Origin: Ostrea edulis
Taxonomy: Eukaryota
Length of the DNA stretch: 64,000 nucleotides
Assembly (NCBI RefSeq): GCF_947568905.1
Contig: NC_079167.1
Span: forward strand, 10,478,001-10,542,000
Direction: 5' to 3'
Each line of letters opens with the position of its first letter. Within the stretch, counting starts at the first letter, position 1. The position numbers and the translations under genes were made by a program. Positions 13,644 through 26,800 of this stretch are shown here, piece after piece. Under the pieces are notes generated by a model. The model was not told where the DNA came from. It did no database searches and saw only the letters and a list, made by a program, of their open reading frames with translations.

Positions 13644-15238
13644 TCTTTTCTTATGTATTTTTTGTTCTTTGTTTTAAATACTTTCAATTGTTCCCATGCT
13701 ATCCATTTTGAGAACTATTTTGTTTTGATGATCAATATGAGGTCAATCCAATCACTACGAAGTCATGTACGAAGTACGAGCTACGCAAAGAGCTATGAGT
13801 GACATCACACATACTAGAAATAAAAGTACTGGGAGTACTAATAGGCGGAACCATGTTTGTTACAGCAAAATTATACTTTAACCTGACCTTTGATCTTGTG
13901 ACCCGAAAATCAATAAGGGTCGTATAATCTTTAAGAGTAACCATTTTTCAATTATGTTAACTGTCAACTATTTCTCAAGATATTGAGCAGACAATATTAT
14001 TCGATATTGTAGAAGTTGACCTGATAATCAATGTGGGTTATTTTCTTTCTATGGACAGCGAGGAAGAACAGAGTCATTAGGTCACCTGTAACGGCCACCA
14101 TTGCCTTTCCACACTGCTAGAAGATGTTTCGAGCGCGGATTCACCTGGTAAGTCATTTGCTGACCCACCGACCCCGACCTCAGGATCACTAGTTTGATCC
14201 TTGTGGAATCGACGAGCAACAAACACATTCTTTCTTCTTTCGGGATTCCTACATGTAGCTGCTAAAACAGACTTGCTATATTTTATCATTTTTCATACGC
14301 ACATTGTTCACATCTGAACTATATTCATGAGGTAAAGATATTACAAGCAAAAACATTGGAAATATAAGTATAGAGAGAGTTAGTCAGTAAAATGAACATG
14401 TTGAGCATGCCAATAAATATATACAACAAATGCTACACATCAACAGTGAAAACAAACACACAGTGTAATATACATTTTCATACAGTTTATCCAGTTTAAA
14501 TATTTTACTACAAATGTACAGATACCATATCTACCGATAAATGCAGAGCACAGGCTACAAAGTTAATCAAAGTACTGAAAGTACTGATGGGAGTTGATTT
14601 TATAGATTTGCACTAGATGCTTCTAGGATTGAAAATTATTAAGAAATGAAAGTTAAAAATTGAGAAGTATCCTCAAAAGTCATAAACTTGTGCATAAATG
14701 TATTTTGTGTCTCTATAACAATCAAAGCGCAATCATTTATGTCTACATGCATAAACACACTGGTAAGTTAACACTTTGTCTGGATTACATTTTATTATTC
14801 CAACATATCATATATATTTACTCTTAAATTGCTCATTTTTGTCAAAATGTGCCACTACATCAATATTCTAACACAAAAACATATTTGAAAAACTCCACAC
14901 ACAACTCTTCGATTTATGGTAATGAAAAAATTCCACAGCTCCTATTTAAAAAAAAAAAATAGGGGAAAGGATTGACATGACTTACACAACTAAACAATTC
15001 CACGTTGCTTAAAGTGCAAGAACTTGTACTTAAACCTCAGATATTTACTTATCCTTTATCTTTAAAATTGTCTATGATCTTAAAATTTGAAATTAATTTC
15101 CTAAAGCTCCATGCAAATCATCTAGGAAAATCTCCACGAACATAACTTCGTAAGCATCAACAATTGACAGTAAAATATCTACAATTGATTCATTCATTCT
15201 ACAGAAATAGGCATATGGTCTTAATTTTGCACATGTGA

Positions 15239-15400
15239 GAAGGCGAAGATAACGAACAGTGATCAATCTCATAACTCCTATATAGAATAAAAAATTAAGA
15301 GTGGGGCAAACACGGACCCCTGTACATGTCGGAGGATGAATCAGGCGCCTAGGAGGAGGACGCATCCTCTGTCGACCGGTCACACCCACCGTGAGCCTTG
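15239..15400 (-). mobile_element. Penelope-like 3' terminal fragment
   Basis: gaaggcgaagataacgaacagtgatcaatctc...gtcacacccaccgtgagcc. Confidence 0.8.
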
Positions 15401-15740
15401 ATCAAGTAAATGCACAGGTACTTGTGTACAGGACTACAGGTCCTCTCCCCCTCCTTGTATTTTTGAATGGTATTTCGGGTGTATTTCTTATAAAATATTA
15501 AACTTTAGAGTGTTTTTATTTAAATGGAATACACAAATCTCGCATAGAAACCGCTTTTCAAAATGTCGTATCACCGAGTGATTGCATAGAGGAGTTGATA
15601 AAATCAATTCCCAAGACTTCCCAAAAATCATTAACAAAAAGAGATTTTACATACACACACAATATGCAACAAGATACCAGTGCTTAAGCATTAATACTGG
15701 ATGTCAGTGGCCATATGACTATCATGTAGTACAATATCAA

Positions 15741-16550
15741 TGAAAGATGAAGATGACACACAGTAATCAATCTCATAACTCCTGTAAGCAATACAAATTA
15801 GAGAGTTGAGCAAACACGGACCCCTGGATATACCAGAGGTGGGATCAGGTGCCTAGGAGGAGTAAGCATACCCTGTCGACCGGTCACACCCGCCGTGAGC
15901 CCCATATCGTGATCAGGTAAATGGAGTTATCCGTAGTTATAATCAGTATGCCAAGAACGGCTTAACAACCGGTATGAAACACGTCAGAAAGCATTTGACC
16001 CAATGATAGGCTGTATAGGCAAACTAGATCGTTATAACGACCATAGAATTTGCGAAATGCTAACTTTAAACAAGACTTTTAGAACCCCTGCACCATCAAC
16101 TTGTTTGTCAGCAGCCTGTTTCGATTTAAAAACTGACCATAAGCAGAACAAGCTCTTGCGTATCAAATCAGTTGAGAGAGATAAACACCATATGCAGGTG
16201 ATAACGGAATATTGCTACATAAATATGGGAAGTTGACGATGGAAAAGCTGAAATCATCCCGTTTGTCATACAGTTGAGTTGTCAGTTTGCCGTTAATGTC
16301 TACTTTCAATAAAATATCTAAGTATAAAGCAGAAGAGGACGACTTTGTGGTGTCTTTATTTCGAGTTCACTGGAATATATCGAATCGACAAATGAATCAA
16401 AATTATCATTGTTAATAGATAATACGTCGTTGATATATCTAAAAGGCAGAGCAAGAGATTTTTTTCTTCTCACGTAGAAGTTTTTTTTTTAATAAATTCT
16501 GCTTCATGGGAATATAAAACAGGTCTGCTAACAGAGGAGCACAATTACTA
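15741..16550 (-). mobile_element. Penelope-like 3' fragment including the RT C-terminal part
   Basis: Colinear reverse complement of ~19170-19960. Confidence 0.85.
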
Positions 16551-17521
16551 ATACTTAGTATAAAATCTTCATCCTGCTGTCTCAGTCTGTATAGTGTGAA
16601 GGCAAAAAAAATCTTGAGTGAGAATCTCTACACTGAAAAGAATCTTTCCCAAGAGAACTTCTTCCAGATCAGTTTTTTGAATGACAGAAAATCCTTTCAT
16701 TCCTGAGCAAATCATGTTCGATGAATCTTGGAATGTTCCTTATGGCAACATGCAGCAATCTCAATCATGTTTTTTTTCCGATAGAAATTGTCTCCACCAC
16801 ATCTTTAACAACTGTCTCTCTTGCCAGAATTATCTACAAAGTTTGGGTGTAAATAAATTATTATATTTTATTCAGGAAGACATGTAAGTGTGAATAGTGG
16901 TGATATTCCTCTGCAATATTCCTAAATTTCAATGATAAAGCTTATCAAGGATTTCAAATGACCCCCCCCTTTTTTTTTTTTGGATATTTAGAAGATGAAT
17001 TTTTCCTGTAGTTTCGAAACAAAGATAGGTGTTTGGCATTCTGATCTATGGTAAAATTGTGTACAATTTTTCACACTTTTAATTCTAATTTCTGGGCAGA
17101 CAGCAATAATCAGCCATGCCTACAAAATTGATTTACAATTTACTTTAGAGTACAAATCAACATAATTCGTTATTTAAAACTAATCTGGCACTGTACATTG
17201 CAACCAAACAATTAGGCAAAGTTCTCAAATTACAACAGTGATAAAGAAACTATTCACACAAGTTTAGTTATCTTTTTATGTCAAAAGGAAGAATGTTGTT
17301 GTACTCCACGTGTATTTGTTGACAAAAAAATTCACGTTCCTAATTCAGTCATTCAGCACAAGACATCCATGAGAAGAATGTTATCTTTTAATAAAGAATT
17401 AATTCGCACATACGGCGAATAGGTGAACGAATAATGCAAAGAAAAAAATACCTTGATGTTCTTTCAATTGATTAAAGGTTCTTAAATATCGTATCATAAG
17501 GACACCTGATACCAAAAAAGG

Positions 17522-17852
17522 GCGGATGGATGTTTGATTGATTGTTTGTTTAAAGTCCCGTCGAACATTTTTCACTTATATTGAAACGTCACCAGCTGTA
17601 AGTGAAGTACCAGAAATTTAGACCAATGCTTAGCGCTCAGAGCCGTAGCAGTAAGGGTTCTTTAGCGTGCCAACGCCTGCGGGAGCTCCGTTTTTAAGGT
17701 CATATCCGAAAGACCCATGATTCTCACTTCTAGATGCCGAAGGAGCAATCACTACCTACGTTAACATTTTAGGTTTGACGCGGCTATGGCACTCATGACC
17801 TCCCTCCCGGTTACAAAGCGAACGCTCTACCACAGAGCTACCGCGACCGGTG
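17522..17852 (-). mobile_element. tRNA-derived SINE
   Basis: The minus strand starts accggtcgcggtagctctgtggtagagcgttcgc (A box); the shared central domain (ctaaagaaccct...gcgctaagcattggtctaaattt) and an aaac/caatc tail follow. Confidence 0.75.
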
Positions 17853-18660
17853 TGTAATGTTAAGACGTTTTTGGTTTTTTGACTATATACATGTAAATAT
17901 ATTTCTACCACTGTATTGTGCGTTTCTATATAGTGCAAACCTTTTCTGGTCTTTCAAGTTTCTCTTTTCTGACTTTTGCCGTTTCCTTGTATATGTTCAG
18001 GTGTTTTTAGTCTTTGATCTTTCTATGTACACTTTTCTGTGCTCATTTAGCCTTTTCCAGTCTTTAATGAACATTTCCTTTCAATGAAACTTTTCTTTGA
18101 CGTTTCTGTTCATTTTAGAAGCTGTTTGGTCTTTAATGTGTCTCTGTATAGTTAGGAGGTTTTTTTTTCAAGTCTGGCGTTTATATTCGGTGTATACAAG
18201 ATTGAATATTATGATACAATTTACAACATAAATGTACATTAGTGTGGCGTTGCTTTACACAGGTGCTCAGCATGCTAAAATTTCCCCATGTTCTCTCGTC
18301 TTTGGCGTTCTCTGTTCCGTTCTTTGGCGTTTCTAGTCAGGGTGGGGTTTTTTTTTTGGGGGGGGGGGAATTTCTATGTATAGTTAGGATTGTTAAGGCT
18401 TTCATTTTTCGATATACAGTTAGGGATTGGGGGCCTTGACTTTTTTATGTATGATAAGGGTTTCCTTTCAGTTGATGTTTCTGTTCAGATCCGACTATTC
18501 GGATCAAGTTACTGTAGTAATATATTAAAGCAACTTTTCTGGTCTTTCATGTCTTTGACGTTTCTATTTATAGTTAGAGGCTTCTAGTCTTTAAAGTTTC
18601 TCCATCCCTAGGTCTAAACTTCTCTGGTATCTGATGTTTCTATATATAGCTAGAGTGCAT

Positions 18661-19968
18661 AGCGAATATAACGAACAGTGATCAATCTCATAACTCCTAT
18701 AAGCAATACAAAATACAGAGCTGGGCAAACACGGACCCCTGGACACACCAGAAGTGGGATTAGGTGCCTATGGGGAGTAAACATCCCCTGTCGACCGGTC
18801 ACAGCCGTCGTGAGCCCTATATCTTTATCAGGAAAAAAAGAGTTGTCCGTACTCAGAATCAGTATGCCAAGAACGGCCTAACAATCGGTATGAAAAACAT
18901 TGGGCAGCTTTTGACCCAATGATAAGTTGTATTGGCAAACTAGATCGTTATAATGACCATGCATGTAGTGTTGCTTCTTTAACAAAAATGGAAAACGGAA
19001 ATGTTCATATAGTGATCAGTTATTCTAAACCACTTTGTTAACCACCATTCTGATTCCACACACAAGTACTATGAAGTTGAAATTTAAAAAAATTATGCTG
19101 GAGTTATTCATTGACAATATATTCGTAGTCTTTGGTGGTCAGGTCTTCCAACAATCCGTTGGAATTCCCATGGGCACGAATTGTGCTCCTTTGTTACCAA
19201 GCCTGTTTTTATATTCTTATGAAGCAGAATTTATTCAAAAACTTCTACGCGGGAAGAGAAAGCATCTTGATGTGGCCTTCAATTCGACATTTAGATATAT
19301 CAACGTTTTATCTATTAACAATATCAATTTTCATTCATATGTCAATTCAATATATCCCTGTGAACTCAAAATAAAAGACACCACAGAGTCGTCCACTTCT
19401 GCTTCATATTTAGATATCTTATTCAAAGTAGATATTAACGGCAAACTAACAACTCAAATTTATGACAAACGGGATGATTCCATATCTATGTGGCAATATT
19501 CCATTATCACCTGCATATGGTGTGTATATATGTCAAATAATTCGATACGCAAGAGCTTGATCTGCGTATGATGAGTTTTTAAATCGAGGCAGCCCACTGA
19601 CAAACAAGTTGATGGTGCAGGAGTTTCAACAATCTCGTTTAAAGTCAGCATTTCCCAAATTCTATGGCCGTTATAACGATCTAGTTTGCTAATACAACCT
19701 ATCATTGGGTCAAATGCTGTCTGACGTGTTTCATGCCTATTATTATCACGTTCTTGGCATAGTGATTTTGACTACGGATAACTCTGTTTACCTGTTAAAG
19801 ATAAAGGGTTCATGGTGTGTGTGACCAGTCGACAGGGGATGTTTACTCCTCCTAGGCACCTGATCCCACCTCTGGTGTGTCTAGGGGTCATTGTTTGCCC
19901 AACTCCCTATTTTGTATTGTTTATAGGAGTTATGAGATTGATCACTGTTCGTTATCTTCGCCTTTCAT
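18661..19968 (+). mobile_element. Penelope-like (Naiad-type) retroelement: RT fragment 18961-19968 (+) preceded by an inverted copy of its own 3' end (18661-18960)
   Basis: ORF 19035-19571 MLELFIDNIFVVFGGQVFQQSVGIPMGTNCAPLL...FRYINV...SASYLDI...YDKRDD is a PLE/telomerase-type RT with a degraded YIDD motif. 18661-18960 is the reverse complement of ~19663-19968. Confidence 0.85.
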
Positions 19969-20653
19969 AGCACAATTTGATTTTTTCATGCATTGAATTC
20001 CACGGACAGTATCCATGAGGATTTTCGTGATTCTATCAACTTTTACAAGCATCGTATTCCAATAAGTGTACACAGTTCACATTTTATGAAATAAAAGAAG
20101 AAAGTAAAGTTTAAAGATACGTTGGAAACATTTTTTACATACTTTAACATAATTACATCCTTTTTATGACTGGTTAGGGGTATCAAAGCACAAAAAGCGT
20201 CATTATTCACCATCATTCAAAACTAATACCAAGAAATCGTTTAACTCGTTTAATTTGAGAAAAATGCATTTAACTTTGTAAATCTATGATAAATGACAAC
20301 ATGATTACTTTTTAAAAAGAAATATTAAATATGTACATGTACAATGTGAAATACGACTGTATGACATATAAGTTATCATTTCACAACTCTACTATTGTTG
20401 ACGACCACAGTAAGTAGGTGGTGGGGACGTTTTCAGCGTTTACACTTCAATAATATAGAATACGGGTAATCATTAACTATTGCGAATTGGGCCTTGTTCA
20501 TCCTCCATGACCACACTGATGTCGGTGAGCTGATCATGCGCAGTAAATAATGTGTGAGCTTTTAGGCATCTAGTATAGGATAGGTTTGGAAATTCTCCTG
20601 AAAGAAATGTCTTCCTTGAGAACCACGTATGCCATGCGAGAACGACATCCTAA

Positions 20654-23600
20654 TCATTTTAGAATGTATCGAAATAAATGAGACACGACAAGGACTAAAG
20701 AGATAGCGAGCTTGTTGCTGTGATCAGATGCAGCTTCGTTATTAGAGATCAGGGGCTGTGCTTCCATCTTCGGACATTCCTTTGAATCATCACGGTCGTT
20801 AGCGTTCAATGACAAGTACCGAATTTCCTCGCTGTCATTGTTAACATAGATACGACCACTACTGCTTATTATAGTAGCCCTGTAAAATAAATATAACATA
20901 AATTCATTAAATCCTTGAATTCCCTAAAATACTAGTATCATAAATTGGGGGATATATAAGCATTTTAAATGTTATTCATAAAATTTCAAGAATCTAGTTT
21001 ATACGATTTGCAGACTATACAAAAAAATGCATTTACTAGCCATGCTAAATATATCGCATTTGTGTCGTGGCTGGAAGACTGCAGTTGTGTTAAGAAACAG
21101 TTCATTTGTCAACAAACTTCCCTTGATGCTGTTATGTCTCCCAGCCAACTTTTTGTTGTTTATTTTTATGACTACATTTTTAAAATAAATGACAAGCTTT
21201 TACACCTTAAAATATTTTCTCTGTCTGTTCTATTCTATAACATAAATAGATCATGGATCAAAATTAAATGGGTGACAATATCAACTGTGATGCGTATTTC
21301 TAGATATTGTTTAATCACTGGAACTAATACCAACCAGTCTGTAAGCAATGCATTGAATCAATGTAAACCTGCAATTGAAATTGCTGCAAGGTTCCTGATA
21401 CCACATTCCTGAATTTTAGGATTTTCTAAATATATTCTGTGAAATGAATTTTATTGCATATGTACGATCAGATTTTCAGGGTAGATTGTCATGTTCCCAT
21501 GCCTGTTAAATGGAGGGTGACCACGGCAAAATACTCAATTAACACAATTTCCACAACAACACACCTTTTAATTTGATTGGTTTATGGTTATTATCGTACT
21601 TTAAGACCACAATAGAATAAAAAAAAAACTTCCAATCCTGAGAATCTTAAGAGGAAGAAACACATTTTTTACTGACGTTAAATTAGTCGTTCAGGAATAA
21701 ATCAAGACTGTTAAAAGTAAAAGCAACTTTGAAGAACTGTAAGCTTAAAGCAGATCGAAAAGTGTTTTGAAACTTTTTGTGTAATTTACATCTGTTCCAG
21801 ATACAAACTACAAAGGTGCTTTAACGGCCATTTTAACTAGACTCTTTTCAAATGTCCATACTGTATCTAACGTAATCTGGTAAAGAACAACAACTTGATG
21901 AGACTGGTGGATCACATCAAGAGCATCACCATGTATCAAAAAGATCCGTGAAATTTATGACATATTTCTGCATCTTTCTACCTACATACTTATGTAATAT
22001 ATTCAACGTGGATATATTTGTGTGTATGTGCGTGCGTGTTTCCATTAGTGTGATACATACCTAAATTTTATTTTTCTTTTTGTTTTAGCTATGATAAAAT
22101 TGACTTCTATTTTTCCTTTGTATGGCTTGCCAGTCCAACGTTTGGTCACAACTGTCCCCTAGAAAACAGAGGAAATTATTTACCATCGAATTACATAAAT
22201 TCTTTACTTTCGTAATGATAATGGTTAAAAAAAAAAAAAGAAGAGATAATTATTGATATTTCGTGTTAAAGGTTACCTTCGGAGTTCCTCTGCAGTTTAA
22301 AAATTCGAAGTAGTTATTTGTTGGAATCATTTCGAACTCCCCCACATTGTGATTTACATCCGGGCCTTCACATCCTACCAGTCGGGGCTGCAGCAGCACA
22401 CCAATGACCGGTCGGTCTGTAATGTTCTCCACACTTACTGCAAAACAAACATTATTTGTTAGCTCCGTACAGAGAGAATGAGAGAGATCTATGAATTGGA
22501 ACCACTGTCCCATTTCCCAATTAACAAAAACACTGAAGGACCATTTCCAAAATTACCTAGAATATGATGCATTGCTTCGTGATATATTGTGTCACTGACA
22601 CCGACTCTAAAAAGGTTTTTGTCTTCCCTCGGGGGTGACCGTAGCTTAGAGGGAAGCATCGTTCGGCACTCCTTGTTAGCGTTCGTAAATGGTGAGCTTC
22701 CGCCGCTTCCTTCCACCAGTATCAAGTACATACAAACTAACAGATGCAGTAAGGTCTGTAAGATGATATAAATACATATGAAATATAATTGTTACAAGTA
22801 TGATATATAACGACAAAAGCGGGCTGAAATGAAGAAAGCAGGAAAATGGTTGAACTGTGTGAACGGGTACTAGTAGTCAGCAGACTGATTCAGCCATAGT
22901 GGTTGGTGCACTTTGACTAGACAGGGGATTGGTGTACCTCCGCTATTTTAGAGATTTGTTCACTTCAATTAGCAAAGGAACTGGTGCGCTTGAACTAAAC
23001 AGGGAACTGATGCACTTGAACTAAACAGGAGATTGGTGCTATTCGACTATACAGGGAATAGGCAGAATTGACCTAAACTGGAGTTTGGCTCACTTCCACA
23101 AACCACAAGAACCGCACTGCAGTTGGGCAGACAATTGACGTTATTCAATTAGATTGAAGTTTGGCGTATTTCCATTGGCCTAACTAAAGATTGACCCAAT
23201 TTAATTTGACTGGGCATTGACACACTTCTCCCAGCCAGGAGAACGGCGCACTTTGACTGTGTAGGAGACTGAAGCACTGGAAGTAGACAAGGGATTGGTG
23301 CGATTCAACTCGACAAGGGGTCAACGTACTTCACCAGGAATTTAGCGTAATTCATCTTCCATGGGGGAGATTGGTGCACTTCAACTATCCAGGGGATTAG
23401 CTCACTTCAGTAAGCTAGGAATTGGAGCATTTCAACTTTTGTTTCAACACCATACTTGGTGATCTAAACTGAAACGATACACTCTGTTTATTTCAACCAA
23501 GACACGTGAATGTATCTCACTCGTTTTCTACAGTTTCATGGGTTATTCATTAAGGTCTTAATAAAATACCGGTGGGTTTTTTTTTAAAGATATGGTCAAA

Positions 23601-23797
23601 TGGCATCTGAAAGATCTAGATCAATGTTAACGTAAATGAATATACAATGTATTGAAACTTATTGGTTGGTTTAGTATATGTAACAAACTACCGGTTTCAA
23701 AGCATAATTCATCTTTACTTCAGATGCATGATGGACGCAATAATTCATACATTCTAGATACATTTCCTGAGCTACCTAAATCCAGTATTTGCCTCAT

Positions 23798-23833
<36 letters not shown>

Positions 23834-26800
23834 CATACTTTTCAAAAAATGCACATTCAATACTATGATCTATGATTACTTTGAGGGAATATTTTTAGTT
23901 AAGCATGCACAGCATCTGAATTTGCAACAATCATTTTCATTAGTACAGAAATAACTTGCCACAAAGCATCCTTGGGTGAAGAGGATTAAAGTTTGCTCAA
24001 AAGAAGGGTCGTATCCCTTTCAAACGGGAGATAATCACGAAAACACAAAAATAGGGCGGGTCATTTAAAAATATTCGTCTCAAGAACCTCTGGTGCAGAA
24101 AAGTTGAAATTTACATGAAAGCTTCCTGATATGGTGCAAATTTAAGCTTTTAAACATCTTGATGTGGGATCAAAGTTTTACATGCGAATGTACATGTATA
24201 GGGAAAATCTTTAAAAGTTTTCTTCTCAAGAACTATAAGGTCAGAAAAGTTTACGGTAAAGCTTCCTGATAGTGCATATTCAAGTTTGTTAAAATCATGG
24301 CCCCGGGTGTAGAGTAGGGTAGGGCCACAATAGGGGATCCAAAGTTTTACATGCGAATATATGGAGAAAATCTTCTCAGAACTATTGGTCCAGAAAAGTG
24401 GAAATTTACATGAAAGCTTCCTGATATAAAATGGATCCAAGTTTGTCCAAATCATGGTCCCTGAGGGTAGTGTGTGGCAACAATAGGGTATCAAAATTTT
24501 ACATGCTAATACATAGGGAAATATCTTTAAAGATATCTCTTGAACTATGCAAGCTAAGGATTTCATATTTTATGTATACATTCTTTACAGAAAGACCTTT
24601 GATGTGATGCAATGTTGGGTAATTTTGTGACCTTGACCTGGAAGTTTGACTTACTTTTGATGAAAAATCTCACCAATATGTGCTGAACTATTTAAGGAAG
24701 ATCTTTCATATCCTGTTTGTGTATTTCTTATGGCAAGACGTTGTATCTAACATCATTACCTTTGACCTTATGACCTTGAACTCAGAGTTTGACCTACTTT
24801 TAAGAAAACATAACCTATTAAGTATATCCGGAACTATTTGAGGTAGGGATTTCATATTTTGTATATGATTCTTTATGGCCTTTTGATACAATGGTGTTTG
24901 ACCTTGGAGTAAGACATACTTTAAAAAAAAAAAACTTACGTATTCAATATCTCATGAACTAGGTTGTGTTGTCATATTACATGTATGTATATATATTCTC
25001 TATGGCAAGATCTCATTATTCCGTAAAGATTGACTTTTTTACCTTGGAGTTGGACGTACTTTTTAAATCTCAAACTTATTCACTATCTCTTGAACTGTTT
25101 AAGGTAGATATTTCATATGTTGTATATAGATTTCTTCTGGCATGACCTTTCATTTCATATTCTGGTCTTTGACCTTGGAATTTGACCTACTTTTAAGAAA
25201 ACTCAACCTGTTGAATATCTTCGGAAATATTCAAGGTAATACTTTCATATTATGTCCATGTATTCTTTATGACAGGACTTTCTGATACAATTGTCTTTTA
25301 TCTTACAACCTTGACCTACTTTTTCGAAATCCTGACCTATTCAATATCTCAATGACTAATTAAGGTAGAGCTTTCATATTTTGTATATATATTCTTTATG
25401 GCCAGACCTTATTATACTTTAGTGTTTGACCTTGTGATCCTGGCCTAAAAGTTTGACCTACTTTTGATAAAAATCTGACATTCAATATTTCATGACCTAT
25501 TTGATATAAAGCTTTCATATTTTGTATATATATTTTTTCATGGTAAGGTCTGTCATATCATACCATGATCTATGACCTTGTGACCTTGGTCTTATCCAGA
25601 GCATCAAGATCATGTTAGTCATATTGGTGTTGAGGCATCTCTATGTTATGTGAATTCATTTTCAGTTATGTTCTGATCCTTTGGGGCTAGGTTATTAGTC
25701 AAAAATTTTTATAGGAATAAAGATTGATTTTAAAAATCTTTTAAACATCACAATAGCTACATGTAAACAACGGCAGAGCCTAGATGACTCAGGTGAGCGA
25801 TTTGGCTCATGGGTCTCTGTTTTATTTAAAAGATACAGCTGCGTTAGTCTGTTTTAGTCTATGCTAATGAAACAAGACAAGCATTTCCATGTATTGTATA
25901 TGATTCTTACATGTTGGCAGTGGATTGAAATCAAGCTAGTTAACTAATACAATCTATCTAATGAATATAGATTCATACGGAAGCCTTGGAGAGACATTGA
26001 CCTTCTTGTTATGACTTATTTTTACAACAAATATTTTAGATTTTCATCCGTTTGCGTAATTTGCAATGTGCACAAGATTTCAACCCCATTTCTCTCTATT
26101 TGTCAAGATTATAAATGAAAGACCAATAGATGGAAATGAAGATCCCGAAATTCTTTGTGGGCAAGCTTGAAACTATAGTATGTGTTCGAAATATATGTGT
26201 TTATCCTACTGCACACAAATACTTTGGTTCTTACAATTTATTTTCAATATATAAATCAAAGGACACATTACGTCACACTAGAGTAAAAATTGGAATTCCA
26301 TAACCTTGCGTACAAAATCTAATCCAAATTAAAACAAACTTGGTGAACGCTACCCTGCAACAAGGCATGAAATTGTATCATTTTCATGTTTAATAGAAAG
26401 GTCAAGGTCACTGAACGGGAAATGCGCAGCGTAGAATTGAACATATACAACCTAAACAAATTTTTTTAAAAATGTGCTTTTAGTAATAAAAAATACAAGT
26501 ATATAAATTTAACTTTACAATAAAATATAGAATAATTTGAATAATTGTCCTTATGAACATGTCATATTGATTAAAACAGGAAAGACGCAAAATTCGACTC
26601 TTGATTCACCGTGGAATGAAGGTTAAATGAAAGTTAAAATATCAATAATTACACCAAACGTTTAAACTGTATCACACTTTAATGTTGTTGATTCGCTACA
26701 CCAAAACTGTATTTCATGGTTAGTTAAAGCATCTCATGTGAATAAAAATAAGGTGTTTTGTTCAACGCTGAAATTAATGAATTGCAATATTTCTAAAATA

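Noticed and set aside
13750-13860. Transmembrane-coding exon (WFRLLVLPVLLFLVCVMSLIALCV)
   Set aside because: Preceded by an in-frame stop with no acceptor AG, and adjacent to HINE-type ttgacc repeat sequence.
16560-17420. Possible decayed RT or other coding relic on the minus strand
   Set aside because: Only scattered weak motifs (e.g. VEYNNILPFDI) across many stops. It cannot be assigned without tBLASTx/HMM.
20969-21412. 147-aa plus-strand ORF as a nested gene
   Set aside because: No domain or splice context; the opposite strand weakly resembles a decayed LINE.
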